From positions 1,296,930 to 1,360,929 of the forward strand of contig CAWAQS010000006.1 of NCBI GenBank assembly GCA_963784365.1: a stretch of 64,000 nt of DNA, written 5' to 3'. The notes under the pieces are model-generated. The model was not told the origin of the DNA and did not search any database. It saw only the letters and a list, made by a program, of their open reading frames with translations. Numbering within the stretch: position 1 is the first letter of the stretch; each line of letters begins with the position of its first letter. The stretch is from an uncultured Thermoleophilia bacterium. GTDB taxonomy: Bacteria > Actinomycetota > Thermoleophilia > Miltoncostaeales > Miltoncostaeaceae. Positions 34,303 to 46,035 of this stretch are shown piece by piece. Both the position numbers and the translations under genes were made by a program.

Positions 34303-35928
34303 GTGAGCGACCTCCTCCCTCGGCGTGTCGCGGGGCTCCGGCGCCGCCGCGCCCTCGTGGGCGCCCTGGCGGTCGCCGCCCTGGCCGCGCCGGGCGTCGC
34401 GAGCGCCGCGACGCCGGTGACCGTGACCTTCACGACCCCCGGCGAGAGCCCGTTCGTCATTCCGGGCGGCGTCCGCCATCTCCAGATCGTGGCCGTGGGC
34501 GGCCAGGGCGGGACGGGGCAGAGCGCCCTGGCGCCCGGCGGCTTCGGGGCGCGGGTGACCGGCGAGGTCGCCGTCACGCCGGGGTCGGTCGTCTACGCCG
34601 AGGTGGGCGCCAACGGCGCCGCCGGCACGGCGACCCCGGGATCGGCGATCGGCGGCGGCGGCGCCGGGGGCGCCGGCGGATCCAGCGGGGACACCGGAGG
34701 CGGCGGAGGGGGCGCGTCCGTCTTCCAGACCGCCGCGGCGGCCTCGGCCGGGGCCGCGGCCTCGCGTCTGATCGTGGCGGGCGGCGGCGGCGGATCGGGC
34801 GGGGCGGCGACCTCGGGCAGCGGAGGCGGCGCGGCGGGCGTCGCGGGCGCCGCGGGCAGCACGGCCCTGAGCGGCGGAGGCGGCGGGACCGCGCTCGCCG
34901 GAGGAGCGGCCGGCGCCGGCACCGGAACCGGCGGCACGGCGGCGCTCGCGGGGGTCTCGGCCCTCGGCGGGGCCGGCGCGTCCGGCGGCTCCACCGCCAC
35001 CAGCGTGGGCGGCGGCGGCGGCGGCGGCGGGTACTTCGGCGGCGGCGGTGGCGGCAGCGCGACCAGCGGGTCCGGCGGCGGCGGAGGCGGCGGGGCGAGC
35101 TTCACGGCCCCGAGCGTGACCGGGGTCGTCGCGGTCCCGGACACCAGCGGCACCCCGTCCGTCACGATCACCTACACGCCCGTGGCGATCGCGAGCCTCA
35201 GCCCGGGCGGGCTGATCTTCCCGGCCCGGCTGATCGGCACCACGAGCGACGCGGACGCGGTGACGGTCACGAACACCGGCTCGGAGCCCCTGACCGTCAC
35301 GGGCACCCCGCTGAGCGGGGCCGACCCGGCCGACTTCGCCCTCCAGTCGGAGTGCGCCGCGGCCCTCGCTCCGGGCGCCGCGTGCCGCGTGCTGGTGCGC
35401 TTCACGCCGCACGGGGCGGGCACCAGGGTGGCGACGCTGACCGTGGACTCGAACGCCGTGGACGGGGCCGTCCGGGTGCTGCTCACCGGAGCGGGAACCG
35501 CGCCCCCGCCGCCGCCCCCGCCGACCCCCGCGATCTCGGGCCTCAGCGTCTCGCCGAGCGCCTTCCGCGCGGCCCGCGGCGGCGGCTCGGTGGTGTCCAA
35601 CCCGTCGCTGGGGGCCCGGATCGCCTACCGGGCGAACGTCGGGTTCACCAGCACCTTCACCGTCCAGCGCGCCACGCCCGGCGTCCGCTCGGGCAACCGC
35701 TGCCTCGCCCCGCCGCGCCGGCGCCAACCCGAAGGCGCGCGGCTGCGTTCGCTGGGTCGGGCTCGGGAACTTCAGCACCACCGCGCGCGCCGGTGCCAAC
35801 GCCTGCGCTTCAGCGGCCGCGTCTGGGGCCGCACGCTCGCGCCGGGGACCTACCGCCTGAGTGCGGTGCCGCGCAGCGGATCGCGCATCGGCGCCACCGT
35901 CCGGGTCGGGTTCCGCATCCTCCGCTGA
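34303..35928 (+). CDS. Secreted glycine-rich repeat protein with choice-of-anchor-D/ASH-like beta domain
   Basis: Signal peptide 'RRRRALVGALAVAALAAPGVASA', a roughly 200-aa Gly/Ala/Ser/Thr low-complexity block (34620-35100), then 'LTVTGTPLSGADPADFALQSECAAALAPGAACRVLVRFTPHGAGTRVATLTVDSNA'. Probable frameshift near 35700. Confidence 0.6.
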   Translation: MSDLLPRRVAGLRRRRALVGALAVAALAAPGVASAATPVTVTFTTPGESPFVIPGGVRHLQIVAVGGQGGTGQSALAPGGFGARVTGEVAVTPGSVVYAEVGANGAAGTATPGSAIGGGGAGGAGGSSGDTGGGGGGASVFQTAAAASAGAAASRLIVAGGGGGSGGAATSGSGGGAAGVAGAAGSTALSGGGGGTALAGGAAGAGTGTGGTAALAGVSALGGAGASGGSTATSVGGGGGGGGYFGGGGGGSATSGSGGGGGGGASFTAPSVTGVVAVPDTSGTPSVTITYTPVAIASLSPGGLIFPARLIGTTSDADAVTVTNTGSEPLTVTGTPLSGADPADFALQSECAAALAPGAACRVLVRFTPHGAGTRVATLTVDSNAVDGAVRVLLTGAGTAPPPPPPPTPAISGLSVSPSAFRAARGGGSVVSNPSLGARIAYRANVGFTSTFTVQRATPGVRSGNRCLAPPRRRQPEGARLRSLGRARELQHHRARRCQRLRFSGRVWGRTLAPGTYRLSAVPRSGSRIGATVRVGFRILR

Positions 35929-36083
35929 GGCCGGCGGAAGCGAATCCGACGAGTTCCGCCGGTGGGCGCCGGCCGGTGACGGATTCATCGCCCTGAGGCT
36001 CTGGCGACCCCTCGGGCGGCCGGGTATCGTCGCCGCTCGCCGCACCCGGGCGGTCGAACCACACGGACGAGGGGAGATGCGCC

Positions 36084-37547
36084 ATGGCGAGACGATCGGT
36101 GCTGCGCGCGGGTGTGATCGGGCTGGTGGTCGGGGCGGCGGCGCTGGTGCCGTCGGCGGCCTCGGCGGCGCCCTGGAGGGCGGACGTACGCCATCCGCAC
36201 CACCCCCACGGTCCCCGTGCCCCCTGGCATCCGGGGCCCCCGTCGCCGCAGATCGGCGCGCCGGGCCTCGGGGACCCCTTCTTCCCGCTGGCCGGCAACG
36301 GCGGCTACGACGTCTCCCACTACTCGCTGCGCCTGGCGTACGAGCCCGCCACCCAGCGGCTCGACGGCAACGCGGTCATCACGGCCACCGCCACCCAGGA
36401 CCTCGGCCGCTTCGACCTCGACCTGCGCGGCTTCGCCGTCTCGGACGTGCGGGTGGACGGCAGGCCCGCGCTGTTCACGCGCGACGGGCAGGAGCTGCAG
36501 ATCACGCCGGCCCGGCCCCTGCGCCGGCGCGCCGCGTTCGTCGTGACGCTCGCGTACACGGGCGTGCCCGAGGTGGTCACCGACCCGGACGGCTCGATCG
36601 AGGGCTGGGTCCCGACGACGGACGGCGCGTTCGTGGTGGGGGAGCCCCAGGGCTCGCCGTCGTGGTTCCCCGGCAACGACAACCCGCGCGACAAGGCGAC
36701 CTACGACATCGCGATCACCGTCCCCGACGGCGTCACCGCGATGTCGAACGGGGTGCTGGCGGCCTCCTGGTCGCGCGGCGGGCGCACGACCTGGTCCTGG
36801 CGCGAGTCCTCGCCGATGGCCACCTACCTCGCGACGGCGACGCTCGGGCGCTTCTCGCTCACCCGGTCGCGGGTCGCGGGCGTGCCGAGCTACGTCGCGG
36901 TCGATCCCTCGCAGGCGGCGGACGCCGCGCCGGTCCTGGCGCAGCTGCCCGACATGGTCGCCTACTACTCGTCGGTCTTCGGGCGCTACCCGTTCGACGC
37001 CGTGGGGGCGATCGTGGACGACGCGCCCGAGGTGGGCTACGCGCTCGAGTCGCAGACCAAGCCGAACTTCGACCGCGCCCCGGACGAGTTCACCCTGGCC
37101 CACGAGATCGCCCACCAGTGGTTCGGCGACTCGGTGAGCCTGACCGTCTGGCCCGACATCTGGCTCAACGAGGGCTTCGCGACCTACTCCGAGTGGCTCT
37201 GGGGCGAGCACACCGGCCAGTTCACCCCCCAGGAGGTCTTCGACGACCTCTACGCCGCGCCCGACACGGCGAGCTACTGGAACCCGCCGCCCGCCGGCAT
37301 CACCGACCCGGCCGACCTCTTCGCGGAGAGCACCTACGTGCGCGGCGCGATGACCCTTCAGGCCCTGAGGGTGAAGGTCGGCGACCCCGCCTTCTTCCGG
37401 ATCCTGCGGCGCTGGTACGCGGCCAACCGCGACGGCAACGTCACGACGGCCGACTTCACGGCCCTGGCCGCGCGCGAGTCCCGGATGAACCTGGACGCCT
37501 TCTTCACCGCGTGGCTCACGACGCCGGGCAAGCCCCTGACCTGGTAG
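36084..37547 (+). CDS. Secreted M1-family zinc aminopeptidase
   Basis: Intact. Signal peptide, 'HEIAHQWFGDSVSLTVWPDIWLNEGFATYSE' (HEXXH-X18-E), and 'GAMTLQALR'. Confidence 0.85.
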   Translation: MARRSVLRAGVIGLVVGAAALVPSAASAAPWRADVRHPHHPHGPRAPWHPGPPSPQIGAPGLGDPFFPLAGNGGYDVSHYSLRLAYEPATQRLDGNAVITATATQDLGRFDLDLRGFAVSDVRVDGRPALFTRDGQELQITPARPLRRRAAFVVTLAYTGVPEVVTDPDGSIEGWVPTTDGAFVVGEPQGSPSWFPGNDNPRDKATYDIAITVPDGVTAMSNGVLAASWSRGGRTTWSWRESSPMATYLATATLGRFSLTRSRVAGVPSYVAVDPSQAADAAPVLAQLPDMVAYYSSVFGRYPFDAVGAIVDDAPEVGYALESQTKPNFDRAPDEFTLAHEIAHQWFGDSVSLTVWPDIWLNEGFATYSEWLWGEHTGQFTPQEVFDDLYAAPDTASYWNPPPAGITDPADLFAESTYVRGAMTLQALRVKVGDPAFFRILRRWYAANRDGNVTTADFTALAARESRMNLDAFFTAWLTTPGKPLTW

Positions 37548-37563
37548 GCCGGGGCCTCCGGCC

Positions 37564-37923
37564 TCAGTGCAGCTGCCGCATCCAGTCCGGCGGGACGCGT
37601 CCCGCCGGGCCGGGCGTCGGCTGCCCGGGCGGGTGGGAGGTCGGCGGGGCCAGCTCCGGCCCGCGGAGCATCTCGTCGTCGGGCCAGGACCAGAACCAGT
37701 CCTCGCCGGGCTCGAAGCTCTGGATGACCGCGTGGCCGGTCTGCTCCCAGTGCGCGCGCGAGTGCCGCGAGGGCGACGAGTCGCAGCAGCCCACGTGGCC
37801 GCAGCTCGCGCACCGGCGCAGGTGGAACCACCAGCCCGGGCCCTCGCCGGCGAGGCACTCCTCGCAGCCCTCGCCGCTCGGCGGGACCGTGGGGTCGATG
37901 TGCTCGCTCATCGACGGGACCAT
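37564..37923 (-). CDS. UBP-type zinc-finger domain protein (stand-alone zf-UBP)
   Basis: 119 aa with 'CEECLAGEGPGWWFHLRRCASCGHVGCCDSSPSRHSRAHWEQTGHAV' (Cys/His ladder of zf-UBP). Confidence 0.7.
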   Translation of the reverse strand: MVPSMSEHIDPTVPPSGEGCEECLAGEGPGWWFHLRRCASCGHVGCCDSSPSRHSRAHWEQTGHAVIQSFEPGEDWFWSWPDDEMLRGPELAPPTSHPPGQPTPGPAGRVPPDWMRQLH

Positions 37924-37970
37924 ATCCCGGCGGACTATCCTGCGCCCGTGACGTCATCGGTGGAGCCCGC

Positions 37971-39838
37971 GTGAGCACGGAGCCGCGCCCCGACCGGCTG
38001 ACGGTGCGCGCGGGGTGGCGCCCCGGCAGCGACTTCGGCGCCGACGACGCCCGCGCGCCGGTCACCCACATGACCTACGCCTCGGCCGACGGCCACTCGT
38101 GGGACGCCCTGCTCGCGCACCCCCCGGGGCCCAGCGCGCGGCTCCGAGGTGCTCGTCGTGGCGGTCCACGGGTCCATGGGCAACTACACCTCGGGGGTCG
38201 TGCGGCGCGCGACGCTCGAGATGGCCCGCCAGGGCTATCCCACCCTCTCGGTCAACACCCGGATGGCGAACTTCGGGGTGATCTACGGCGGCGGGCGCCT
38301 CGACCACGCGCCGGACGACCTCGACGGCGCCCTGGCCCTGGCGCGGGAGCTCGGGTACCGCCGGGTGGCGATGCTCGGCTACGGCCTGGGCGCGACGATG
38401 GTCGCGCACCATCAGGCGCTGCGCCGGCCCGCCGAGGTCGAGGCCGTCTGCACCCTCGCCCATCCCGTCTCGCTGCCCGAGGCCCTGCGCGACCGATGGC
38501 GCGCGCACGGCGCCCTCCCCGCGTACGACGAGATGCTCGCCCGCGCCACCCGCCGCGCGGCCACCGACGATCACGGGGACGAGATCGTCGTCGTCGCCCG
38601 GGGCTCGGGCGTGCGGGACGCGCCGTGCGACGCCGAGGTCTGGACCGAGCGCACCTGGTGGGCGTGCCGCTCGCCGCAGGCCTCCCACGCGGTCTCGCGC
38701 GAGCGCGTGCGCCACCTCAGCGTGCCGCTCGCCCTCATCCAGCCCGGCTCGGACGTGGAGACGGGGTACGGCGCCGAGCTCGCCGCCGCGGCGGGCGCCG
38801 CCGGCGGTGCCCGTCCACCTGGAGCGCGTCGCCGGGACGGATCACACGCTCTGGGGCGCCGTTCCGGCGGCCGCCGCGGCCGGCGCCGCCTGGCTCGACC
38901 GGACGCTGGGCACCGGGGGCCGGCCCGCGCGCCCGGGCGCCGCGCCGGAGCACCCGTCCACGGGGGTCGTCCACCGGCTCGTCACCATCGCGTGCGACGA
39001 CGGGACCCACCACGACGCGCTCTTCCACATCGATCCCGCCGCCACCGAGGCCCGCACGGCGGCCCGCGGCCGGGTCGCCGTGCTGCACCTCCACGGCAAC
39101 CAGGGCAACTTCAGCGTCGGCGCCCTGCGCTTCCTGGGCGACCCGCTGGCGCGCGCCGGCATCCCCATGCTCTCCCTCGAGACGCGGCTGTCGAACGTCT
39201 CGCAGATCTTCGGCAGCGCGGTGTTCGAGGAGGCGCTCGCCGATCTCACGGCCGGCGTCGCCTGGCTCGGGAGCCAGGGCTTCGACCGCGTCGTCGTCAG
39301 CGGTTACTCGCTCGGGGCCGTGCTCGCCACGCGCTTCGCCGCGGAGCTCGCGCCGCCCCGGCTCGTGGCGCTGATGACGTTCGGCAACGCGGTCGGCCTC
39401 CCCAACTCGGCCCGCCGCCGGATGGCCCTGAGCGGCGCCCGGCCCAGCTACGACGACCTCGCGGCCGAGTGCCGCGACGCGCTCGAGGCCGGCCGCGACA
39501 GGATCGTGGTGGCGCGGCGGGCCTACGCGCCCAGCGACGCCCCCCGCTCGGCCGGGGTCTACACCGCCGGCACCTGGTGGCACTCCCGCGGGCCGGAGGC
39601 CGTCGACGCGATGACCGACCGCCACATCGGCCGCGTGCGGGCGCCCATCCTGCTGGTGCAGGGCGACGCCGACGAGGTGGTGCTGGCCGAGGAGGCCCCC
39701 GCGCTCGCCGAGGTCGCGCGCGCCGCGGGCAACCACCAGGTCGAGGTCGCGATGGTCCCCGGGGTGGGGCACTCGTTCGCCGGCGGCGAGGCCGAGGCCG
39801 TCGGGGCCGCCCTGGACTGGCTGGCCCGCGTGGCCTGA
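37971..39838 (+). CDS. Protein with two tandem paralogous alpha/beta-hydrolase domains (internal duplication), frameshifted
   Basis: Domain 1 '…VLVVAVHGSMGNYTSGVVRRATLEMARQGYPTLSVNTRMANFGVIYGG…AMLGYGLGATMVAHH…GTDHTLWG' is homologous to domain 2 '…VAVLHLHGNQGNFSVGALRFLGDPLARAGIPMLSLETRLSNVSQIFGS…VVSGYSLGAVLATRF…GVGHSFAG'. Confidence 0.55.
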
Positions 39839-39842
39839 GCGC

Positions 39843-40400
39843 TCAGGTGCGCGCGGTGCGGGGTGGCGCCGCCGCGGTCCGGGCGCCGCCCGCGTCGGTG
39901 CGGCGGGCGACAGCCACCGCGACGATCACGACGCAGGTCACGGCGACCCCGCGCATCCAGATCGTCCCGGTGTCGCTGCCGATCCCCGCGGCGTGCACCA
40001 GCGCCAGCGGCCAGGCGGCATAGGCCGTCCAGTGCACGGCGCGGAAGACCCGTTTGCCGATCCGCCGGCGCAGGAGCCCGGTGACGATCAGGGCGAGCAC
40101 GAGGTCGAGGGCGACGGCGCCCAGCCCCGCCCACAGCGGCTGGGACGCGGCGCCGAAGGGGAGGACCAGGTCGACCAGCGCCACACCCGCGTAGGGGTCC
40201 ACGACGGCCGCGCCGACGTGGATCGCGATGAAGGTCACGGCGAGCAGCGAGACGCTGCGGTGGAGCGCGAGGGTCGCGAATCCCGGCAGGGTGGGGAGAC
40301 GGGCGCCCCGGTGCGTCGCGATCCCGAGGGCGAGGACGGCGGTCAGGAGCAGCAGGGAGACCACCCCGCTGCCGCGCATCAGGTACCAGACGGCGTTCAT
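39843..40400 (-). CDS. Ferric-reductase-like transmembrane domain protein (haem-binding His pairs)
   Basis: Polytopic membrane protein with conserved His in TM helices (HRSVSLLAVTFIAIHV…, VHWTAYAAWPLALVHAAG). It lies immediately downstream of apbE. Confidence 0.5.
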   Translation of the reverse strand: MNAVWYLMRGSGVVSLLLLTAVLALGIATHRGARLPTLPGFATLALHRSVSLLAVTFIAIHVGAAVVDPYAGVALVDLVLPFGAASQPLWAGLGAVALDLVLALIVTGLLRRRIGKRVFRAVHWTAYAAWPLALVHAAGIGSDTGTIWMRGVAVTCVVIVAVAVARRTDAGGARTAAAPPRTART

Positions 40401-41577
40401 CCGTCCGCGGGCCAGTCGCAGACCCGGACCACCTCGCCGTCGCCCCGCACGAGCCGCGCCGGCAGCGCGGTCCGCTCGAGCTGACGGGCCGCGTCACGAC
40501 CGCGGACGATCGCCGCGGTGCTCGCGATGTTGGCCTCCACGCAGGTCGGCGCCGCGACGCTGACGGTGCGCCACACCTCGCTGGCCGACCCGCCGCGGCG
40601 GGGGTCGATGATGTGGTGCCGCTCCGCGTTTCCCGCGGTCCAGCGGCGGACGGTGGTGCTCGAGGTGGCGAGGCCGCCGCCGCGGATCGCCACGGTCTGC
40701 CCCGCGCCCTCGGGGTGGCGGTGGTCCTCGGCGACCCGGACGGGCCAGCCCCCGGCGGGCGCCGTGCCCGCCACGGCCAGGTCGCCGCCGACGCCCACCA
40801 GGGCGCCCGCCCCGGTCGCCGCCGCGATCGCCGCGGCGGCGCGGTCGGCCGCGAGCGCCTTCGCCGTGGCGCCCAGGTCGAGCGACACGCCGCGCGGGAT
40901 CCGGACCCGGCGCGTGCGCGGGTCGAGCAGCACCGAGCGCCACCCGGGCACGGGCTCGACCCGCACCAGCCACGACGGTCCGCGCCGCTCGACCAGCCGG
41001 AAGTCGCGGTCGTAGCCCAGGTCGTCCATCGCCCGCCCCACGGTCGGGTCCACGTCTCCGCCGGTCATCTCGGCCGCCCGCAGGGCCACGGCCAGCGCCC
41101 GCGTCAGGAGGTCTCCGACCTCGACGACCTCGCCGGCCGCGGCGTTGACCCGGCTGAGCTCCGAGTCCTCACGGAAGCGGCTGCACGCCATGTCGATCGT
41201 CCTCGAGCTCCCGCCGCAGGAGCGCCTCCGCCTGGTCGACGACGCCCGGCGCGATCGACGACCACGAGCGCCGTCGTGCCCAGCGCGGGGAAGCTCGCCG
41301 TCGCGAGGTCGGCTCTCACGATCCTCCGGACGGCGCCACCGGGGCCCGGTCGGACGAGGAGGGCGCCTCGGCGTCGTCCTCGCCGAAGACGTCGGCCGAG
41401 CATGGAGTCGATCGCGTCCCGCACCGAGTCGACGCGCGTCTGCTCGTGGGTCGTGGGGGGCGGGTCCTCCGCCGCCGCCTCGCTCTGCGACGCCGCGGCG
41501 GCGAGGCCCGCGAAGGCGGCGGTTCCGAGCACCGCCGCGGCGGCCACCCCGCGGGTGACGCGGCGGATGCGGCGCAC
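40397..41577 (-). CDS. apbE: FAD:protein FMN transferase (ApbE/Ftp) with N-terminal signal peptide, frameshifted
   Basis: 'FPALGTTALVVVD' N-terminal motif, 'IDMACSRFREDSELSRVN', 'DPTVGRAMDDLGYDRDF', 'SLDLGATAKALAADRAA'. Confidence 0.7.
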
Positions 41578-41699
41578 CTGGGCCTCGCGCGGTTCGCGGG
41601 GGACGTCGCGATGTCACCGACCGAACGTAGGCACCCCGTGTTAAGGGCGGGCGCATCGATCGGTTGAGGTTGCGGTGAGATCCGTCGCCGTGCGGGCTC

Positions 41700-41945
41700 T
41701 CAGGAGCCGCCCGACGAGGCGACCGGCGTCTGGCTCGACGCCACGGGCGTCGCGACGGCGCTCCGGGTCGTCGTGGTCGTGGCCTGCGTCCCGGCGGTGG
41801 AGGTCGCGGTGGCGGCCGTGGTCGTGGTGGTGGCGGCGGTGCTCGAGCCGCCGCTCACGCCGGCGGCGGCCAGGCCCCCGAAGATCGCGGTGCCGAGGAC
41901 GGCGGCGGCCGCGATGCCGCGGGTCACGCGGCTCACGGTGCTGAC
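41700..41945 (-). CDS. Small signal-anchored Thr-rich protein, paralog of the apbE 5' end
   Basis: 'VSRVTRGIAAAAVLGTAIFGGLAAAGVSGG' matches the ApbE N-terminus 'IRRVTRGVAAAAVLGTAAFAGLAAAASQS'. A Thr/Ala-rich tail follows. The upstream element is also duplicated. Confidence 0.4.
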   Translation of the reverse strand, partial: VSTVSRVTRGIAAAAVLGTAIFGGLAAAGVSGGSSTAATTTTTAATATSTAGTQATTTTTRSAVATPVASSQTPVASSGGS

Positions 41946-42132
41946 CTGGGCGTCGCGGTTCCGGAGGGCGTCGGGCGGTGGGGGAGTGCGTTCAGGTGTC
42001 ATGCAACGACCGTAGGCCCGTCGCGTTAAGGCCCGCCGAAGGGCGCCGCAGAGCAACCTGTGAATCGCCGCCCGGGGGGTCTGGAATACTCCGCGGGTCA
42101 TGAGCGAGCCCGGCGACCAGTGGCAGGGACAT

Positions 42133-43090
42133 TCGATGGACCCGGAATCGCGCCGCGCCCGCCGCGCCGAGCGCGCCCGCCGCGCCCGTCGCCGGCGCGC
42201 TGATCGGCGTGGCGGTGGCCCTGGTGGTCCTGGTGGCCGCCGGCGGGGCGATCGCGGCCCTCATGACCGGGCGGCGGAGGAGGAGACGGCGGCGGCGACC
42301 ACGCCGTCGCCACGCCCGCCGAGTCGATCCCGGCGCCGGCGTCCGCTCCCGCGCCGACCACGGCGCCGCGAGCCGGCCGAGCCCTCCGGCGACGCGCCGA
42401 GCGCGGAGGAGCAGTCCGCGGCGGTGGCCAAGGTGCGCGAGGTCGGGGTGCCGCTCTACCGGACCCCCGGGAAGGCCGGCAAGGTCGTGGCGCTCACCTT
42501 CGACGACGGCCCCGGGCCCTACAGCGCAGACCACCGTGGAGACCCTGAAGAAGTACGACATGCGCGCCACGTTCTTCCTCTGCGGCAAGAGCGTCGTGCG
42601 CTTCCCGGAGGACCCCGCCATCGAGGCGACGGTCGCCGCGATGGGCGACCACAGCTGGAACCATCCCTACCTGCCGGGCCTCTCGGCCGCGGAGGTGAAG
42701 AGCGAGATCGCCCGCACCCAGGCCATCGTGGAGAAGACCTCCGGGGCCCAGGTCGAGGTCTTCCGGTCGCCCTACGGGGCCCGCACGCCCGCGATCGACG
42801 CCACGGCCAACGGCCTCGGGATGATCCAGGTGCTGTGGAGCCTCGAGAGCGGCGACTCGGCCGGCGCCGGGTGGCAGGAGATGCTCACCAAGATCGAGGG
42901 GACGCTCGCGCCGGGCGACATCGTCCTCTTCCACGAGAACCGCGGGCAGACCCAGAAGGTGATCAACCGGCTGCTCCCGTGGATGAAGAAGCACGGCTGG
43001 CGCTCGGTCAGCGTCCCCGAGATGCTCGCCATGGACCCGCCCTCGGCGGAGTTCCTGCGCAACGAGGCCGGGCGCTATTCCGCGAAGTAG
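42133..43090 (+). CDS. Polysaccharide deacetylase (NodB homology, CE4) with N-terminal TM, frameshifted
   Basis: 'VVALTFDDGP', 'GDHSWNHPYL', 'RSPYGA', 'IVLFHE' motifs. Confidence 0.75.
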
Positions 43091-43093
43091 GGC

Positions 43094-43898
43094 GGTCGTC
43101 CTCCTCCTGCCGCCGTCCGAGGGGAAGGCCGCGGGCGGCGACGGCGCCCCGTTCCCGGGCGCACCGGGGCGCGTTCGCCGAGCTCGACGCGGATCGGGCG
43201 CGGGTCCGCGGCGCGCGTGCGCGCCGCGCTCGCGTCGGGCGGTCCCGCCGCCGCCGAGCGCCTCCTGGGCGTCCGCGGCCGCCACCTGCGAGCGCGCGCT
43301 CGCCGAGTGGGAGGAGCTCGAGCGCGGCGCCCACCCTGCCCGCCGCCGAGCGCTACACCGGCGTGGTGTGGGGCGCCCTCGGCGTCGCCGGTCTCGACCG
43401 GGTCGCCCGCCGCCGCCTGGACCGCGCGCGTCCTGGTGCCCTCGGGCCTCTGGGGCCTCGCTCGCGGCCACCGATCCGATCCCGGCCTACCGGCTGAAGA
43501 TGGGCGCGCGGGTGCCGCCGATCGGCGCCCTCGCCGCCATGTGGCGGCCGCGCATCACGCCGCTCATCGACGCGTGCGGCGCCGGCGGCTGGGTCATCGA
43601 CCTGCTCCCGGCCGAGCACGCCGCCGCCGCTCGACCCCGCCCTGCTCGCGCGCTCGCGCCACCTGCGCGTGGAGCTCGTGGAGCCCGGCCCGGCGGGCGT
43701 CCGCCGCAGCGTCGGCCACGCCGGCAAGAGCCTCAAGGGGCGCCTCGCCCGCGCGATCCTGGAGTCCGGGGCGTCCACGCCGCGCGCCGTCGCGGCCCTC
43801 GAGGTGCACGGGCTGAGCCTCGGCTCGAGGTCGCTCCGGCGTCCCGGCGGCGGCGTCACGGTGACCTTCGTGCGCGACCCGGTCGTGGCGATCGTCAC
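43094..43898 (+). CDS. yaaA: YaaA-family peroxide-stress protein (DUF328), frameshifted; start codon unclear
   Basis: 'VVLLLPPSEGKAAGGDG', 'LPAAERYTGVVWGAL', 'DPIPAYRLKMGARV', 'HAGKSLKGRLARAIL'. Confidence 0.65.
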
Positions 43899-43942
43899 CT
43901 GATCCGGGCCCGCTCCGGGCCCCGTCGAATATGCTCACCGGC

Positions 43943-45972
<2,030 letters not shown>

Positions 45973-46035
45973 CTGGTTCCCTCGGGTCGTGGAGAGGTCT
46001 CCGCCAACGCTAGCGCCGGACGGGCTCGCGCCGCC

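Noticed and set aside
33943-36045. 700-aa minus-strand ORF
   Set aside because: Antisense to the ABM gene and the glycine-rich protein. It mirrors the Gly-codon repeats as Pro/Ala/Arg runs.
41330-41577. Separate small protein gene between the Thr-rich ORF and apbE
   Set aside because: More simply explained as the signal-peptide-bearing N-terminus of ApbE itself, followed by a frameshift. The sequence cannot decide between the two, so it is folded into the apbE call.
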